Positions 27,717 to 37,325 of a DNA stretch of 64,000 bases are shown piece after piece. The notes under the pieces were generated by a model, which ran no database searches, was not told where the DNA came from, and was given only the letters and a program-made list of their open reading frames with translations. This stretch comes from Candidatus Aceula meridiana (GTDB taxonomy: Bacteria > Omnitrophota > Gorgyraeia > Zapsychrales > Aceulaceae). The stretch is taken from assembly GCA_030765185.1 (NCBI GenBank), contig JAVCDE010000024.1:315538-379537 (forward strand), written 5' to 3'. The position numbers and the translations under genes are program-made. Position 1 is the first letter of the stretch, and each line of letters opens with the position of its first letter.

Positions 27717-29214
27717 CAACGGGCAGTCTAACGCAGAATCTAACTCCGTAGTCTTTACCTTCTTTTTCAATATTTTCAACATAAACATCGCCGCCATGCT
27801 CGGTCATGAGATCTTTACATAAAGCCAAGCCAATGCCGGAGCCTGCTGAACGGCTCGTAAAGAAGGGTTCAAAGATGTGTTCTTTCTGTGATTCAGAAAA
27901 TGTTGGGCCTGTGTTTTCAAAATAAGCTGAAACTTTATTCTCATCCGGTTCATAAACAGTAGAAATTTTAAGATACCTCTTTTCTCCTCGGTCTAAAACA
28001 CCTAAGGCCTCTATTGCATTAACCGAAATATTCATAAAAGTTTCCTCAAGATGAATCGAGTCTACAAAAACATCAGGCAAATTCTCACCGGCAAAAAAAT
28101 CCCAATTGATGCGCTTGATGCGAAATTCATCTTTCAAAAGACGCAATGCTCGCTCAACGCATATATTCATATTAATATTTTCTTTTCGAATTTCTTTATG
28201 CCGAACTAAATCCATCAGGTCATTAAGCATCTCCTTCATATATGAAGATTGCTCTAAAATTAAATCAACAGATTTAAAATAGGGGTCGTCTTGTTTCATG
28301 CTGTTATGCATAAACTTGGCGAGTCCGTGAACCGCGGTAATCGGCTGACACATTTGATGTAAAATTCCTGCCGAAAGTGATGCAAAAATTGAGGCCTTGC
28401 CCATATCAGCCAATTTAAGCCGTGCTTTCTTGACTTTATTTTGTGCCTGCGTAACCTCGCTACCTAATTCTCTTAAGCGTAATAAAAAGGCAACATTGTG
28501 ATATTTCACAAGTGCATAGCCCATAGTCCCCATTGCCAAAAAAAGCATTAACAAACCAAAAGGATAAATGCTCATACCATAATTATTAAGAGCCGTAAAA
28601 TTGCTCAAGGACGTTAAAACAAAAGCAGCCATGATAAGCTCTAATTTGCGTCGATAAGGCTTGTCCATTTCTCGACGCTGTGGAAGCCTAATGAAATTGA
28701 TATAATGACGCATAATATTAAGAAATGCATAGGCAAAGCACAAAAAGCTAAAGGAAAGAAAAATAATTTGTTCGCTTTGCGCTTTAGGAGAAAATCCCCA
28801 AGGATATTCTTCAATGCCAATAAAAAACGGATTCCCCCACGTCTGTAGAAAAAGAATAAAAACGCCAATATAGACAATCCAAACAAAAATCCTCTTTTGT
28901 TTATAGTGCTCGGTAACAACAAGCGAGATGTGCATCAAGGTGACCGGAACTAAAACAATCCCTAAATAAACAATTTTTCCCCAGAAAAATGCAACCGGGT
29001 CCACCCAGGCGTTAAGGCTTAGGGCATAGCCTAAAAACCACATTGAACAGCTGATGTAAAAATAAAAAACCGCGCGATGAAAACTCGCACGGGCAGCTGT
29101 TCCTAAAATAAACACCCCCATAAAAAATGCCAAATTGCAAAAAATAAAAGGAATTAAAGACGAGACATTAAAATAATAATATGGAGATTGTAAAATTGTA
29201 GTCCAATTTGCCAT
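27706..29214 (-). CDS. Sensor histidine kinase-like protein with N-terminal 7TM region
   Basis: Multiple TMs; H-box-like GILHQMCQP; NISVNAIEA; IFEPFFT; GSGIGL. Confidence 0.85.
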   Translation of the reverse strand: MANWTTILQSPYYYFNVSSLIPFIFCNLAFFMGVFILGTAARASFHRAVFYFYISCSMWFLGYALSLNAWVDPVAFFWGKIVYLGIVLVPVTLMHISLVVTEHYKQKRIFVWIVYIGVFILFLQTWGNPFFIGIEEYPWGFSPKAQSEQIIFLSFSFLCFAYAFLNIMRHYINFIRLPQRREMDKPYRRKLELIMAAFVLTSLSNFTALNNYGMSIYPFGLLMLFLAMGTMGYALVKYHNVAFLLRLRELGSEVTQAQNKVKKARLKLADMGKASIFASLSAGILHQMCQPITAVHGLAKFMHNSMKQDDPYFKSVDLILEQSSYMKEMLNDLMDLVRHKEIRKENINMNICVERALRLLKDEFRIKRINWDFFAGENLPDVFVDSIHLEETFMNISVNAIEALGVLDRGEKRYLKISTVYEPDENKVSAYFENTGPTFSESQKEHIFEPFFTSRSAGSGIGLALCKDLMTEHGGDVYVENIEKEGKDYGVRFCVRLPVVSS

Positions 29215-29272
29215 GATGTTTATTGTACCATAAAGTTTTTTATTTGGGCAAAGTGCAGGCCCTTATTTTTTG

Positions 29273-29716
29273 CTACTTATCCATTGCGTTAAATTCGGCC
29301 CTATCCCCTATGCTAATATCGTTGGCATCAGCCCACCCAGCATTCGCCTCTAAAACATAACGACAGCTTTCTGCCGGTCCATATGTTGGGCATTTTTCTT
29401 GTAAGCACGGAGGAGTATTTTTTTCAATATAGATAATTTTCTTTCTCTGATCCAGCCAAATAATATCTAAAGAAATCAGCGTGTTTTTCATCCAAAAGGC
29501 TACTTGCGAAGGCTCTCCAAACACAAACAGCATTCCTTTATCGCGCTTAAGTGACTCGCGATATTGAAGTCCTTGAGTTTGCTGTGCGTCTGTTAAAGCT
29601 AGCTCCACATCGAGGCAAACTTCGTCAAAACAAACCTGCGGGGCATTAGGCCCAAAACATCCTGACATAAAAAAACATCCCAAGATAATTATTCCTATCA
29701 TTTGTTGTTTTTTCAT
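29273..29716 (-). CDS. DUF192 family lipoprotein
   Basis: GMLFVF, FWMKNT, LDIIW, YVLEANAG; lipobox MSGC. Confidence 0.9.
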   Translation of the reverse strand: MKKQQMIGIIILGCFFMSGCFGPNAPQVCFDEVCLDVELALTDAQQTQGLQYRESLKRDKGMLFVFGEPSQVAFWMKNTLISLDIIWLDQRKKIIYIEKNTPPCLQEKCPTYGPAESCRYVLEANAGWADANDISIGDRAEFNAMDK

Positions 29717-31071
29717 TTGTAAGACTCCTGTTCTTCGGTTAATCGAATATAGTCACGAAAAGTTGTTTCTCCTGTAATTTCTTGAGACACTGTTGCTATC
29801 CTTTGAGATGTGTATGGATGTGTCCGCCAATACGAAAATGGTCGCGATGGCCTTTTCGCATTAAGCGCGTGTAACTTCTCTAAAAACGTTTCCATCGCCC
29901 TAGGATCATATCCTGCTTTTTTAAGATACTTAACCGCAAGCTTGTCCGCTTCTATTTCATCAGCACGAGAATAAGAAGAAATAATTGATGCAAAAGCCAG
30001 GCTAACACCCTGTGCCATGCGAGCGTTGCCACTGGTCGCAGCCAAAACCATTAAAAGGCTGTATCCATACTGGGCTTGCAGACGTTTAATGGCATGCTTA
30101 GCCGTAATATGTGCAAATTCATGGGCGATAACTCCAGCGAGCTCATCGTCAGTATCTGCTTCATTAATCAAACCGGTAAAAACATAAATAGGCCCTCCGG
30201 GCAAGGCAAAGGCATTGACCTCATCATCTTTGGTAATCACATGCCCTGAGTACAATAATTCTTTACGATCACAAACTTTAGAGAGACGATCAACAATTTT
30301 AGAAACGCGTTCATTAATATCAATATCCGTATTAATTTCAAAATTCTTTTCAACATAACGAACAATAGACTCACCCATGGCAATTTCTCTCTCAGTACTA
30401 ATAAAATACATTTCTTCTTGCTCGGTAGCAAGATTGTATTCGGTCCGAACACAGCCTGTAAAGCAAAAACAAACAATTAGCATCAAAATAGAAACACCGA
30501 ATTTCTTAAGCATCTTACAAAGCTTGGCCATGGGGAGCCCTACAATATTAAAATAACATCCCTCAATACGCTTAATAAAAAACGCGCCCTTTCCATCAAT
30601 ATCAAACCCACCAGCTTTATCTTTAGACGATGTGTGCCGATAATAGCTATCAATTTCTTTATCCGTTAGCCGCTCCATAACGATTTTTGTTTTCTCAAAA
30701 TCAACTAACGTCTTTTTTGTCTTAGCATCAACAATAGCTACTCCTGAATAAAGCCAATGTGGTGCACACATTAAGGCTTTCAAATTCTTTTTAGCCTCTT
30801 TGATACTTTTAGGCTTTCCGACAACTTTTTTCTTATGTGTAAAAACAAGGGTATCAGAGCCGATAACAACACCCTTGTCTAAACGAGCGGCCACATCCTG
30901 AGCTTTTAAAAGAGCATTGGCCTTAACCAAGTGTGCTGCCCCTTGAGTCAGGATTGACTTTTCTTCGGCGCGGGATGGAATTACCTTAAAAGGGATTCCA
31001 AGCTTTTTCAAAAGCCGCCGACGATGGATAGATTTTGACGCGAGAATAATGTTGGGAGAAAGTTTTTTCAT
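29713..31071 (-). CDS. Maf nucleotide pyrophosphatase fused to an M48 metallopeptidase
   Basis: ILASKS..RR, GSDT, DKAGG, IEGCYFNIVGLP; then a hydrophobic segment ending FTGC; NAFALPGG, HEFAH, E.EAD, THP. Confidence 0.85.
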   Translation of the reverse strand: MKKLSPNIILASKSIHRRRLLKKLGIPFKVIPSRAEEKSILTQGAAHLVKANALLKAQDVAARLDKGVVIGSDTLVFTHKKKVVGKPKSIKEAKKNLKALMCAPHWLYSGVAIVDAKTKKTLVDFEKTKIVMERLTDKEIDSYYRHTSSKDKAGGFDIDGKGAFFIKRIEGCYFNIVGLPMAKLCKMLKKFGVSILMLIVCFCFTGCVRTEYNLATEQEEMYFISTEREIAMGESIVRYVEKNFEINTDIDINERVSKIVDRLSKVCDRKELLYSGHVITKDDEVNAFALPGGPIYVFTGLINEADTDDELAGVIAHEFAHITAKHAIKRLQAQYGYSLLMVLAATSGNARMAQGVSLAFASIISSYSRADEIEADKLAVKYLKKAGYDPRAMETFLEKLHALNAKRPSRPFSYWRTHPYTSQRIATVSQEITGETTFRDYIRLTEEQESYK

Positions 31072-31625
31072 GCGTTCAGAAATTCAGCAATATCAAAAAC
31101 CGCTGACAAAGTACACCCTAAAGCCTCAACAGCCTCGGTTGCGCCTTCTTTACGGTCAACGAGGCAAATACACCCATCGAGTTCAAAGCCCTCTTTTTTC
31201 ATCACTTCGATAGATTGCACAAAAGCTTTGCCTGTCGTCGCCACGTCATCAATCAAGATAACTTTAGCCCCTTTCTTTAAAAGAGGCCCCTCGATTTGTT
31301 GTTGTTTGCCATGAGCCTTAGGAGCTTTACGGATGATAAAGCTGTTGACAGGATTCCCTTGCTCAAAGCTTAAAGACGCTACTGCCCCGACCATAGGGTC
31401 TGCACCTAGCGTTGGGCCACCGATAGCATCGACATTCTTATCTTTAGCCATCCCAAGAATAATCTTGGCGCTCAAATATGCCCCTTCAGGGGTCAGAGTT
31501 ACTTTTCGAGCATCTAAATAATAATTACTCTCTTTGCCAGATGAGAGAATAAATTTCCCCTTAGCAAATGCATCTTTAAGAAGAATATCGAATAAACGTT
31601 TTTTATCTGTTTGAATGTCTGACAC
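31068..31625 (-). CDS. pyrE: Orotate phosphoribosyltransferase
   Basis: FILSSGKESNYYLD, RKAPKAHG, LIDDVATTG. Confidence 0.95.
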   Translation of the reverse strand: MSDIQTDKKRLFDILLKDAFAKGKFILSSGKESNYYLDARKVTLTPEGAYLSAKIILGMAKDKNVDAIGGPTLGADPMVGAVASLSFEQGNPVNSFIIRKAPKAHGKQQQIEGPLLKKGAKVILIDDVATTGKAFVQSIEVMKKEGFELDGCICLVDRKEGATEAVEALGCTLSAVFDIAEFLNA

Positions 31626-31756
31626 ATTAACCTCTTTCGTTTAATATTAATACTATTAAAGATATTGTAAAATAATTAATGCCTTTGAGCAAGCGGATTG
31701 TCTTTAAAGATATCTTTGAGTATGGTATCATATGTGCATAATTTCACACTAATCTC

Positions 31757-32491
31757 ATGATGAACATTAAACCCCTTTTATTCGGCTTAACGAGTCTTAT
31801 TTTTCCAAGCAACTGCCTTGTCTGTAAGGAGGTCTTATCTGGCGTCAAGTCAGTAGATGCTGTGATTTGCGAGACTTGCGAACAAGGCCTAAAGCCAAAC
31901 ACCCAACCTTTTTGCCCAAAATGTTCTCGTCATTTAAAAAATCCGACCTTAGATGTACCCTGCTCGGAATGCCAAAGGCGTGAACCCTCTTTCAACCAGG
32001 CCTGGGGCACAAGTTTTTACAACAGGGAAATGAAGAACGTTATTCACCTCTTCAAATATAGAAATAAAATAGGGCTTCGACACCTATTTCAAAAACAAAT
32101 GGTTACATTTATTAATGATTACCGCGTTCCTATAAAAACTTTCGATGGCCTCGTCGCCGTACCTCTCCACCCAAGCAAAATGCGTGAACGCCAATACAAT
32201 CAATCCGAAATCTTAAGCGAAATGATTAGCCGCGTCTTTAATGTCCCAGTCTTAAAAAACACTATTATCCGTGCTAAAGCAACAAAACCTCAGGCATTAT
32301 TAAACGAAAAAGAGCGCTGGACAAATGTTAAAGACGCTTTTAGAATAAGACAACCTTTGAAGCTTGAAGGTCAATCAATCCTAATTATTGATGACTTAAT
32401 GACAACAGGCGCAACAGTTTGTGAAATCGCCCTTACTCTTAAGAATTCCGGAGCAAAAGATGCCAGCGCTTTAACACTGGCTATTGCGTAA
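31757..32491 (+). CDS. comF: ComF family protein
   Basis: N-terminal CxxC zinc ribbons, VPLH, RQYNQS, IIDDLMTTGAT. Confidence 0.9.
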   Translation: MMNIKPLLFGLTSLIFPSNCLVCKEVLSGVKSVDAVICETCEQGLKPNTQPFCPKCSRHLKNPTLDVPCSECQRREPSFNQAWGTSFYNREMKNVIHLFKYRNKIGLRHLFQKQMVTFINDYRVPIKTFDGLVAVPLHPSKMRERQYNQSEILSEMISRVFNVPVLKNTIIRAKATKPQALLNEKERWTNVKDAFRIRQPLKLEGQSILIIDDLMTTGATVCEIALTLKNSGAKDASALTLAIA

Positions 32492-32617
32492 AAAAATAAA
32501 ATTTAAGAAAATTCTAATTTTTCGATTTATGAAAAGCAGGATAAATTCGCACAGTGATTTATGTCACTGCGATCCACACGTGTTTCGCAGCGTAAAGTAT
32601 AAAACACTTACTCATTT

Positions 32618-33709
32618 ATGAAAATTCTAAGAAGCTACATACTAAAAGAAAGCATCATCCCTTTTGCCTTATCGTTAAGCGTTTTAACCAGCGTGTTTCT
32701 TTTAGGAAACCTAGTTAAACTTACCGACATGGTCATCAACCGCGGTGTAAGCCTAGCCCTTATCGGCAAAGTATTTATGTACTACATTCCTTTCTTTTTG
32801 ACCTACACAATGCCTATTGCCTGCTTAATCGCCGTCATCCTCACCTTCAGCAGATTTTCCGCTGATAATGAAATCCTGGCAATGCGCGCAAGCGGCATTC
32901 AATTAAAAAAAATTCTTGTCCCGGTCTTTGTCGTAGGAATTCTTTTAAGCCTGTTTTCCCTTATTTTAAATTTGAGAATTATTCCCCATGCGTATCATCA
33001 GCAGCGCAGAATTCTAAAAAAAGTGGGAACGCAAAACCCAACCGCTCTTTTAGAGGCCGGAACTTTTATCAACGCGTTTAAAGATCAAATTATTTTTATT
33101 TACCGCATCGATGGCAACAAGCTCTTTAATGTCCGTATCTATCAGCCACAACCAAACGGAAAAATGACCCGCACTATTACCGCTCAAAAAGGCGAATTTA
33201 CTCAAGTCCCCGGCAAAGAGCAAATTAAACTAAAATTGATGAACGGCACCAGCGACGAGCCAGACCTGGAGAACCCCAATAACTTTTACAAATTACGATT
33301 TAATACCTTTTTTAAAACACTCGATCTTTCGCAAAAAGGCGGCAAAATCGAAAAAAAACCAAAAGGCATGACCCTAGAAGAGCTTAATGAAAAAATTGAC
33401 GAATATGAAGCTACAGGAATCAATACAACACCTCTAAAAATTGAATTTCACCGCAAAATTTCCTCGTCATTCTCGGTTTTAGTCTTTATCATGCTTGGTT
33501 TTCCTCTGGCTGTGGTCACGCAAAAAAGAGCCAAGAGCGCTAATATAGCCATCGCTATGATTTGTGGAGCTAGCTATTATCTTTTAACCTTAGGATGTGA
33601 GGCCTTAAGCGTCCAAGAGGTTGCCCCCGTGGCATTAACCATGTGGGTGCCTAACATCATCGGAGGCATCGTTGCCTCTATTTTAAATTACCGCGTATGC
33701 GTATCGTAG
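32618..33709 (+). CDS. lptF: LPS export ABC permease LptF
   Basis: DNEILAMRASG, EFHRK, WVPN; tandem with lptG. Confidence 0.85.
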   Translation: MKILRSYILKESIIPFALSLSVLTSVFLLGNLVKLTDMVINRGVSLALIGKVFMYYIPFFLTYTMPIACLIAVILTFSRFSADNEILAMRASGIQLKKILVPVFVVGILLSLFSLILNLRIIPHAYHQQRRILKKVGTQNPTALLEAGTFINAFKDQIIFIYRIDGNKLFNVRIYQPQPNGKMTRTITAQKGEFTQVPGKEQIKLKLMNGTSDEPDLENPNNFYKLRFNTFFKTLDLSQKGGKIEKKPKGMTLEELNEKIDEYEATGINTTPLKIEFHRKISSSFSVLVFIMLGFPLAVVTQKRAKSANIAIAMICGASYYLLTLGCEALSVQEVAPVALTMWVPNIIGGIVASILNYRVCVS

Positions 33710-34800
33710 AACGTTACAATCTCATTGCAATCATTCAGGCCTTTTTGGCAATCATTCTTATTTTTGCCTTTCTCTATGTCTTGATTGACGTGGCCAGCAA
33801 CTTAGATGAATTTATCAAACAAAAAGTTCCTCTTCACATCTTAGCCCAATACTACCTAACGTATTTACCGATAATCTTATCGCAAACCATGCCCATCGCC
33901 TGCTTAATCGCATGTCTTTTGACATTCAGCAATGCTAATGGCCATAACGAAATTATTGTGCTTCGTGCCGGGGGTCAAAGTTTTTGGGATATTGCCCGCC
34001 CTGCCATTGTCTTTGGAATTTTAGTCTCAGCAATGATGTTTTGGATGAATGAAAGTTTTGTGCCTCAGGCAACTATGACCTCGGAGTCTATCCGAGATGA
34101 AAATATTGTTATCAAAGGCGATGCCAAGCGCAAAAGAGAAGAAATTAAAAACCTTACATTTTATGGGCTCAACAATCGATTATTTTTTGTTGATCTATTT
34201 TCACCTGCCGATGAAACATTAAAGGGCATTACCATCATCGGACAAAACGCAGACCAGCAAATTCGAGAAAAGATTGTCGCGCTTGAAGGCAAGTGGACCG
34301 GCATCGCCTGGAAATTTTACAAATGTCAAATGACAACCGTTAAAGAACCCGGTAATCCTCGCAGTGAAGAAGTACGCTATTATGATGAAAAATTAATGGA
34401 TATTAAAGAAACACCTAAAGATTTTATGCGTCAGCGTCTTAATGTATCGTCAATGAACATCAAGCAGCTGGCCTCCTATATCAGACGCTTTGAACACAGC
34501 GGTGCCAAAAAGGCTATTAATAATCTACGCGTAGACATGCATCAAAAGATTGCTTTTCCTTTTGGTAATCTTGTTATTCTTCTGGTCGGCTTGCCCTTGG
34601 CTTTAATGACTGGCAGGCGCAAAGCCTTAACGTTTATGTCTCTGGGCTTAGCTGTTATGATTGGATTTGCGTTTTATGTTACAAATGCGGTAGGCTTAGC
34701 GTTTGGCAAAGGCGGATTGCTCGCCCCAATATTCTCTGCCTGGATGGCTCCAGCGCTTTTCCTCTGCGTTGCGGTATATCTAATTCGAACCCGATTCTAA
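33697..34800 (+). CDS. lptG: LPS export ABC permease LptG
   Basis: NEIIVLRAGG, KIAFPF, AWMAP. Confidence 0.85.
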   Translation: MRIVERYNLIAIIQAFLAIILIFAFLYVLIDVASNLDEFIKQKVPLHILAQYYLTYLPIILSQTMPIACLIACLLTFSNANGHNEIIVLRAGGQSFWDIARPAIVFGILVSAMMFWMNESFVPQATMTSESIRDENIVIKGDAKRKREEIKNLTFYGLNNRLFFVDLFSPADETLKGITIIGQNADQQIREKIVALEGKWTGIAWKFYKCQMTTVKEPGNPRSEEVRYYDEKLMDIKETPKDFMRQRLNVSSMNIKQLASYIRRFEHSGAKKAINNLRVDMHQKIAFPFGNLVILLVGLPLALMTGRRKALTFMSLGLAVMIGFAFYVTNAVGLAFGKGGLLAPIFSAWMAPALFLCVAVYLIRTRF

Positions 34801-34804
34801 ATGA

Positions 34805-34847
34805 ATGTAACGATTTGCGGAATATAAATGAACACAAATCGTTACAT
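34805..34847 (+). terminator. Hairpin downstream of lptG
   Basis: 13-bp perfect inverted repeat atgtaacgatttg / caaatcgttacat. Confidence 0.5.
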
Positions 34848-34995
34848 AATTTATTCAGCAAACACTGGATAAGTCTTCCCTTACCCTTCAAATCTTTTCT
34901 GATGACTTTTAAGCAAAATCCACTTTAGCGAAATGAGCAACCCTGCACAAAACGCTAGGGAAGTCTACTTTGACCCCATACGTGAAACGCATCTG

Positions 34996-35089
34996 GCAGG
35001 CATCTAATCTGAAGAAATCATTTCCTAACTCATTGATATAAAACAAAAAGGCACATAACTTTGTGAGCTATGTGCCAAATTTGTGTCAA
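34996..35089. repeat. att-arm-like dispersed repeat, copy 2
   Basis: 64/68 identity to 20652-20719; core-like CAGG-CATCTAA-TCTGA at identical spacing. Confidence 0.7.
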
Positions 35090-35152
35090 TTTTTCTATCG
35101 ATTAAAAAAACGACAGGCATTTTCTAGTTGACACTTACGCCTGCCTGCCCTC

Positions 35153-35590
35153 TTACTCCCCGATGTCTTCTTTCCAAAGTTCAGGATAATTTTTAATAAA
35201 CGTTTCCATAAGTTGATAACATTCCTGGCTGTCAATGACTACCACGTTTACACCGCGTTTCTTTATATAATCCTCTGGACCACAAAAAGTACGATTTTCA
35301 CCCACCACCACCTTTGGGATTCCGTATAACAAAACAGCACCACTACACATATCGCAAGGAGACAGCGTCGAATACAACGTTGCTCTCTGATAGTCGGATG
35401 CTTTAAGCCGTCCCGCGTTCTCTAAGCAGTCCATTTCGGCATGTAGGGCTGTGCTTTCTTTTTGAACACGCTGATTATGGCCGCGGCCGACGATCTTTCC
35501 ATCAATCACAAGGACCGATCCGATAGGAATGCCGCCCTCAGCAAGGCCCTTTTGAGCTTCTTCAATCGCCGCTTTCATAAATTCATCCAT
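35153..35590 (-). CDS. Zn-dependent nucleoside/cytosine deaminase
   Basis: EGGIPIG, HAEM, SPCDMC. Confidence 0.9.
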   Translation of the reverse strand: MDEFMKAAIEEAQKGLAEGGIPIGSVLVIDGKIVGRGHNQRVQKESTALHAEMDCLENAGRLKASDYQRATLYSTLSPCDMCSGAVLLYGIPKVVVGENRTFCGPEDYIKKRGVNVVVIDSQECYQLMETFIKNYPELWKEDIGE

Positions 35591-35617
35591 TATCTTCTCC
35601 TCATCGCTTCCTTATTT

Positions 35618-36337
35618 TTATCTCCCGAACGGATTTTCTGCATCAGTTTCGCGGCCGACAATGGCATCAACTGCGCCATCGGAGAAACCACCGAAGATCT
35701 TAGCAGCCTCGCCTAAAGGCCTACCGATTAAATCTTTAACAACATCTTTAAAATTATTCCACTCTCGTTTATCTTGATATAAAAGAAAGAAATCCTTGCC
35801 CACTACACCTTCTTTTGCCACCTTAATTCCAAGACCTTCCTTAATGCTCCTATCTACTGTTGTAATGTTACCTCGCTTATCCAAACCCTTAACATAAACC
35901 TCACCTTCAAAACATTTAACATCTGTGGCATCGTCGGACTCAACAGTCCAGCCCGTGCCGCGTACACCGGCGATGGCGGTCGGAGTTTTGACTTCAAAAG
36001 TTTCTCCTGCATCCATTTTTTCAATAAACAAAAACAAGCGACCGCGTGAAAGTAAAAAGGATTTCTCCAACAAATCGGAAATTGTTATCTGAGAGTTTTC
36101 TTTCAAAGTAAAGACGCGGCTAATCTTTTCACCAAAACCAATAGTGCACTCAGACTTTTTTTCGGTTTTAAGAGAGTAGCCATCGGATAAACCGTCGCCT
36201 TTGTGGGCATTTCTCCAGCGGGCCGTCTCTGAGGACCTCAAAAAAACCTCGCCCTTAGTTTCGATAACTTGATACTCGCCGGCAAAGGCAAACGTTGGCA
36301 ACAAAATTAAGACGATGAGTAAAATTAATCTCCTCAC
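35618..36337 (-). CDS. Secreted FecR-domain protein
   Basis: Signal peptide; FEVKTPTAIAGVRGT. Confidence 0.85.
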   Translation of the reverse strand: MRRLILLIVLILLPTFAFAGEYQVIETKGEVFLRSSETARWRNAHKGDGLSDGYSLKTEKKSECTIGFGEKISRVFTLKENSQITISDLLEKSFLLSRGRLFLFIEKMDAGETFEVKTPTAIAGVRGTGWTVESDDATDVKCFEGEVYVKGLDKRGNITTVDRSIKEGLGIKVAKEGVVGKDFFLLYQDKREWNNFKDVVKDLIGRPLGEAAKIFGGFSDGAVDAIVGRETDAENPFGR

Positions 36338-36658
36338 TTATTCTTTTCTCCTAACGCTAAAAGTTGAACCGCCTAAAGATACTGTCTTAATCCTTACATC
36401 ATAGACAGCTTTTTTACCACAGGCTTCAACGATCCACTCCTCGAAAATAACTTCATCCTTTTTTCCGACAATTTTTGTTTCAATAATTTTGTAAGGACAA
36501 TTCGGCATATAGGCTTTTTGCTGAATATCGACAAATCTTGCAATATCACTTTTTAAAATAGTTCCTGCAGATGTTCCCGCGGGGATTGTTATAGTATTTA
36601 TGACACCACAGCCATTAAAAACCAAACAAATAAATCCAATTAATATAAATTTTCGCAC
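36338..36658 (-). CDS. Hypothetical lipoprotein
   Basis: GGAGGG SD, GTG start, FNG|C lipobox, EEWIVEACG. Confidence 0.65.
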   Translation of the reverse strand: MRKFILIGFICLVFNGCGVINTITIPAGTSAGTILKSDIARFVDIQQKAYMPNCPYKIIETKIVGKKDEVIFEEWIVEACGKKAVYDVRIKTVSLGGSTFSVRRKE

Positions 36659-36690
36659 CACACCCCTCCGCCGTCTTAAAAGCTGTCCTA

Positions 36691-37269
36691 CTATTTTTCT
36701 TCTATTTTCTTCAACACCCAAGCTATGTTTTGACCTAACGTCTTCATCGTTGATATGCCCTCATCGTCTTTGGCCACATCGCCTTTTTCAAGGCCAAAGC
36801 CCATATTCCAATACTGCGAACCCGGGACCACCATCTGACTAATAAGAAAAAAATGATTAATAGAGTCAAAAGTGTGGATGCTGCCGGCCCGACGCACCGC
36901 CACAACAGCCGCACCGACTTTGCGGCGAAACATCTCATTGTTGGCCTTGGCCACAAACCCAGCGCGGTCAATCAGGGCTTTGAGCTCAGCCGTGACATCA
37001 GCAAAATACGTAGGCGATGCCAGAATAATTCCGTCAGCTTTAACCATCTTTTCAATACAAAAATTGATATCATCATTTTTGACAGCACATTTTTTATCCT
37101 GGGCATCAAAACATTTGTAACAGGCAATGCAGCCTTTAAGTTTCTTTCCGGAAAGCTCAACGAGCTCGCAGTCAATGCCTTCTTTTTCAAGCTCTTTAAA
37201 AACCTTTTCTATGAGTTGTGTGGTGTTTCCACCCTTGCGTGGGCTTCCGTTAAATGCGACGACTTTCAT
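36691..37269 (-). CDS. Flavodoxin-family / iron-sulfur flavoprotein (NADPH-dependent FMN reductase family)
   Basis: [16 protein letters not shown]...C, ASPTYF. Confidence 0.9.
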   Translation of the reverse strand: MKVVAFNGSPRKGGNTTQLIEKVFKELEKEGIDCELVELSGKKLKGCIACYKCFDAQDKKCAVKNDDINFCIEKMVKADGIILASPTYFADVTAELKALIDRAGFVAKANNEMFRRKVGAAVVAVRRAGSIHTFDSINHFFLISQMVVPGSQYWNMGFGLEKGDVAKDDEGISTMKTLGQNIAWVLKKIEEK

Positions 37270-37325
37270 AGCTCCTCCCCATATTTTCCTTTAAAGTAAA
37301 ACGCAGATTTTTCTTCAAACCATCC

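Noticed and set aside
20652-35089. 14 kb composite transposon bounded by the direct repeats
   Set aside because: The interval includes core genes (ssrA, smpB, pyrE, lptFG) and no transposase.
36853-37299. 148-aa plus-strand ORF and other short ORFs nested in or antisense to long genes
   Set aside because: Shadows of well-supported genes on the opposite strand or in another frame, with no motifs of their own.
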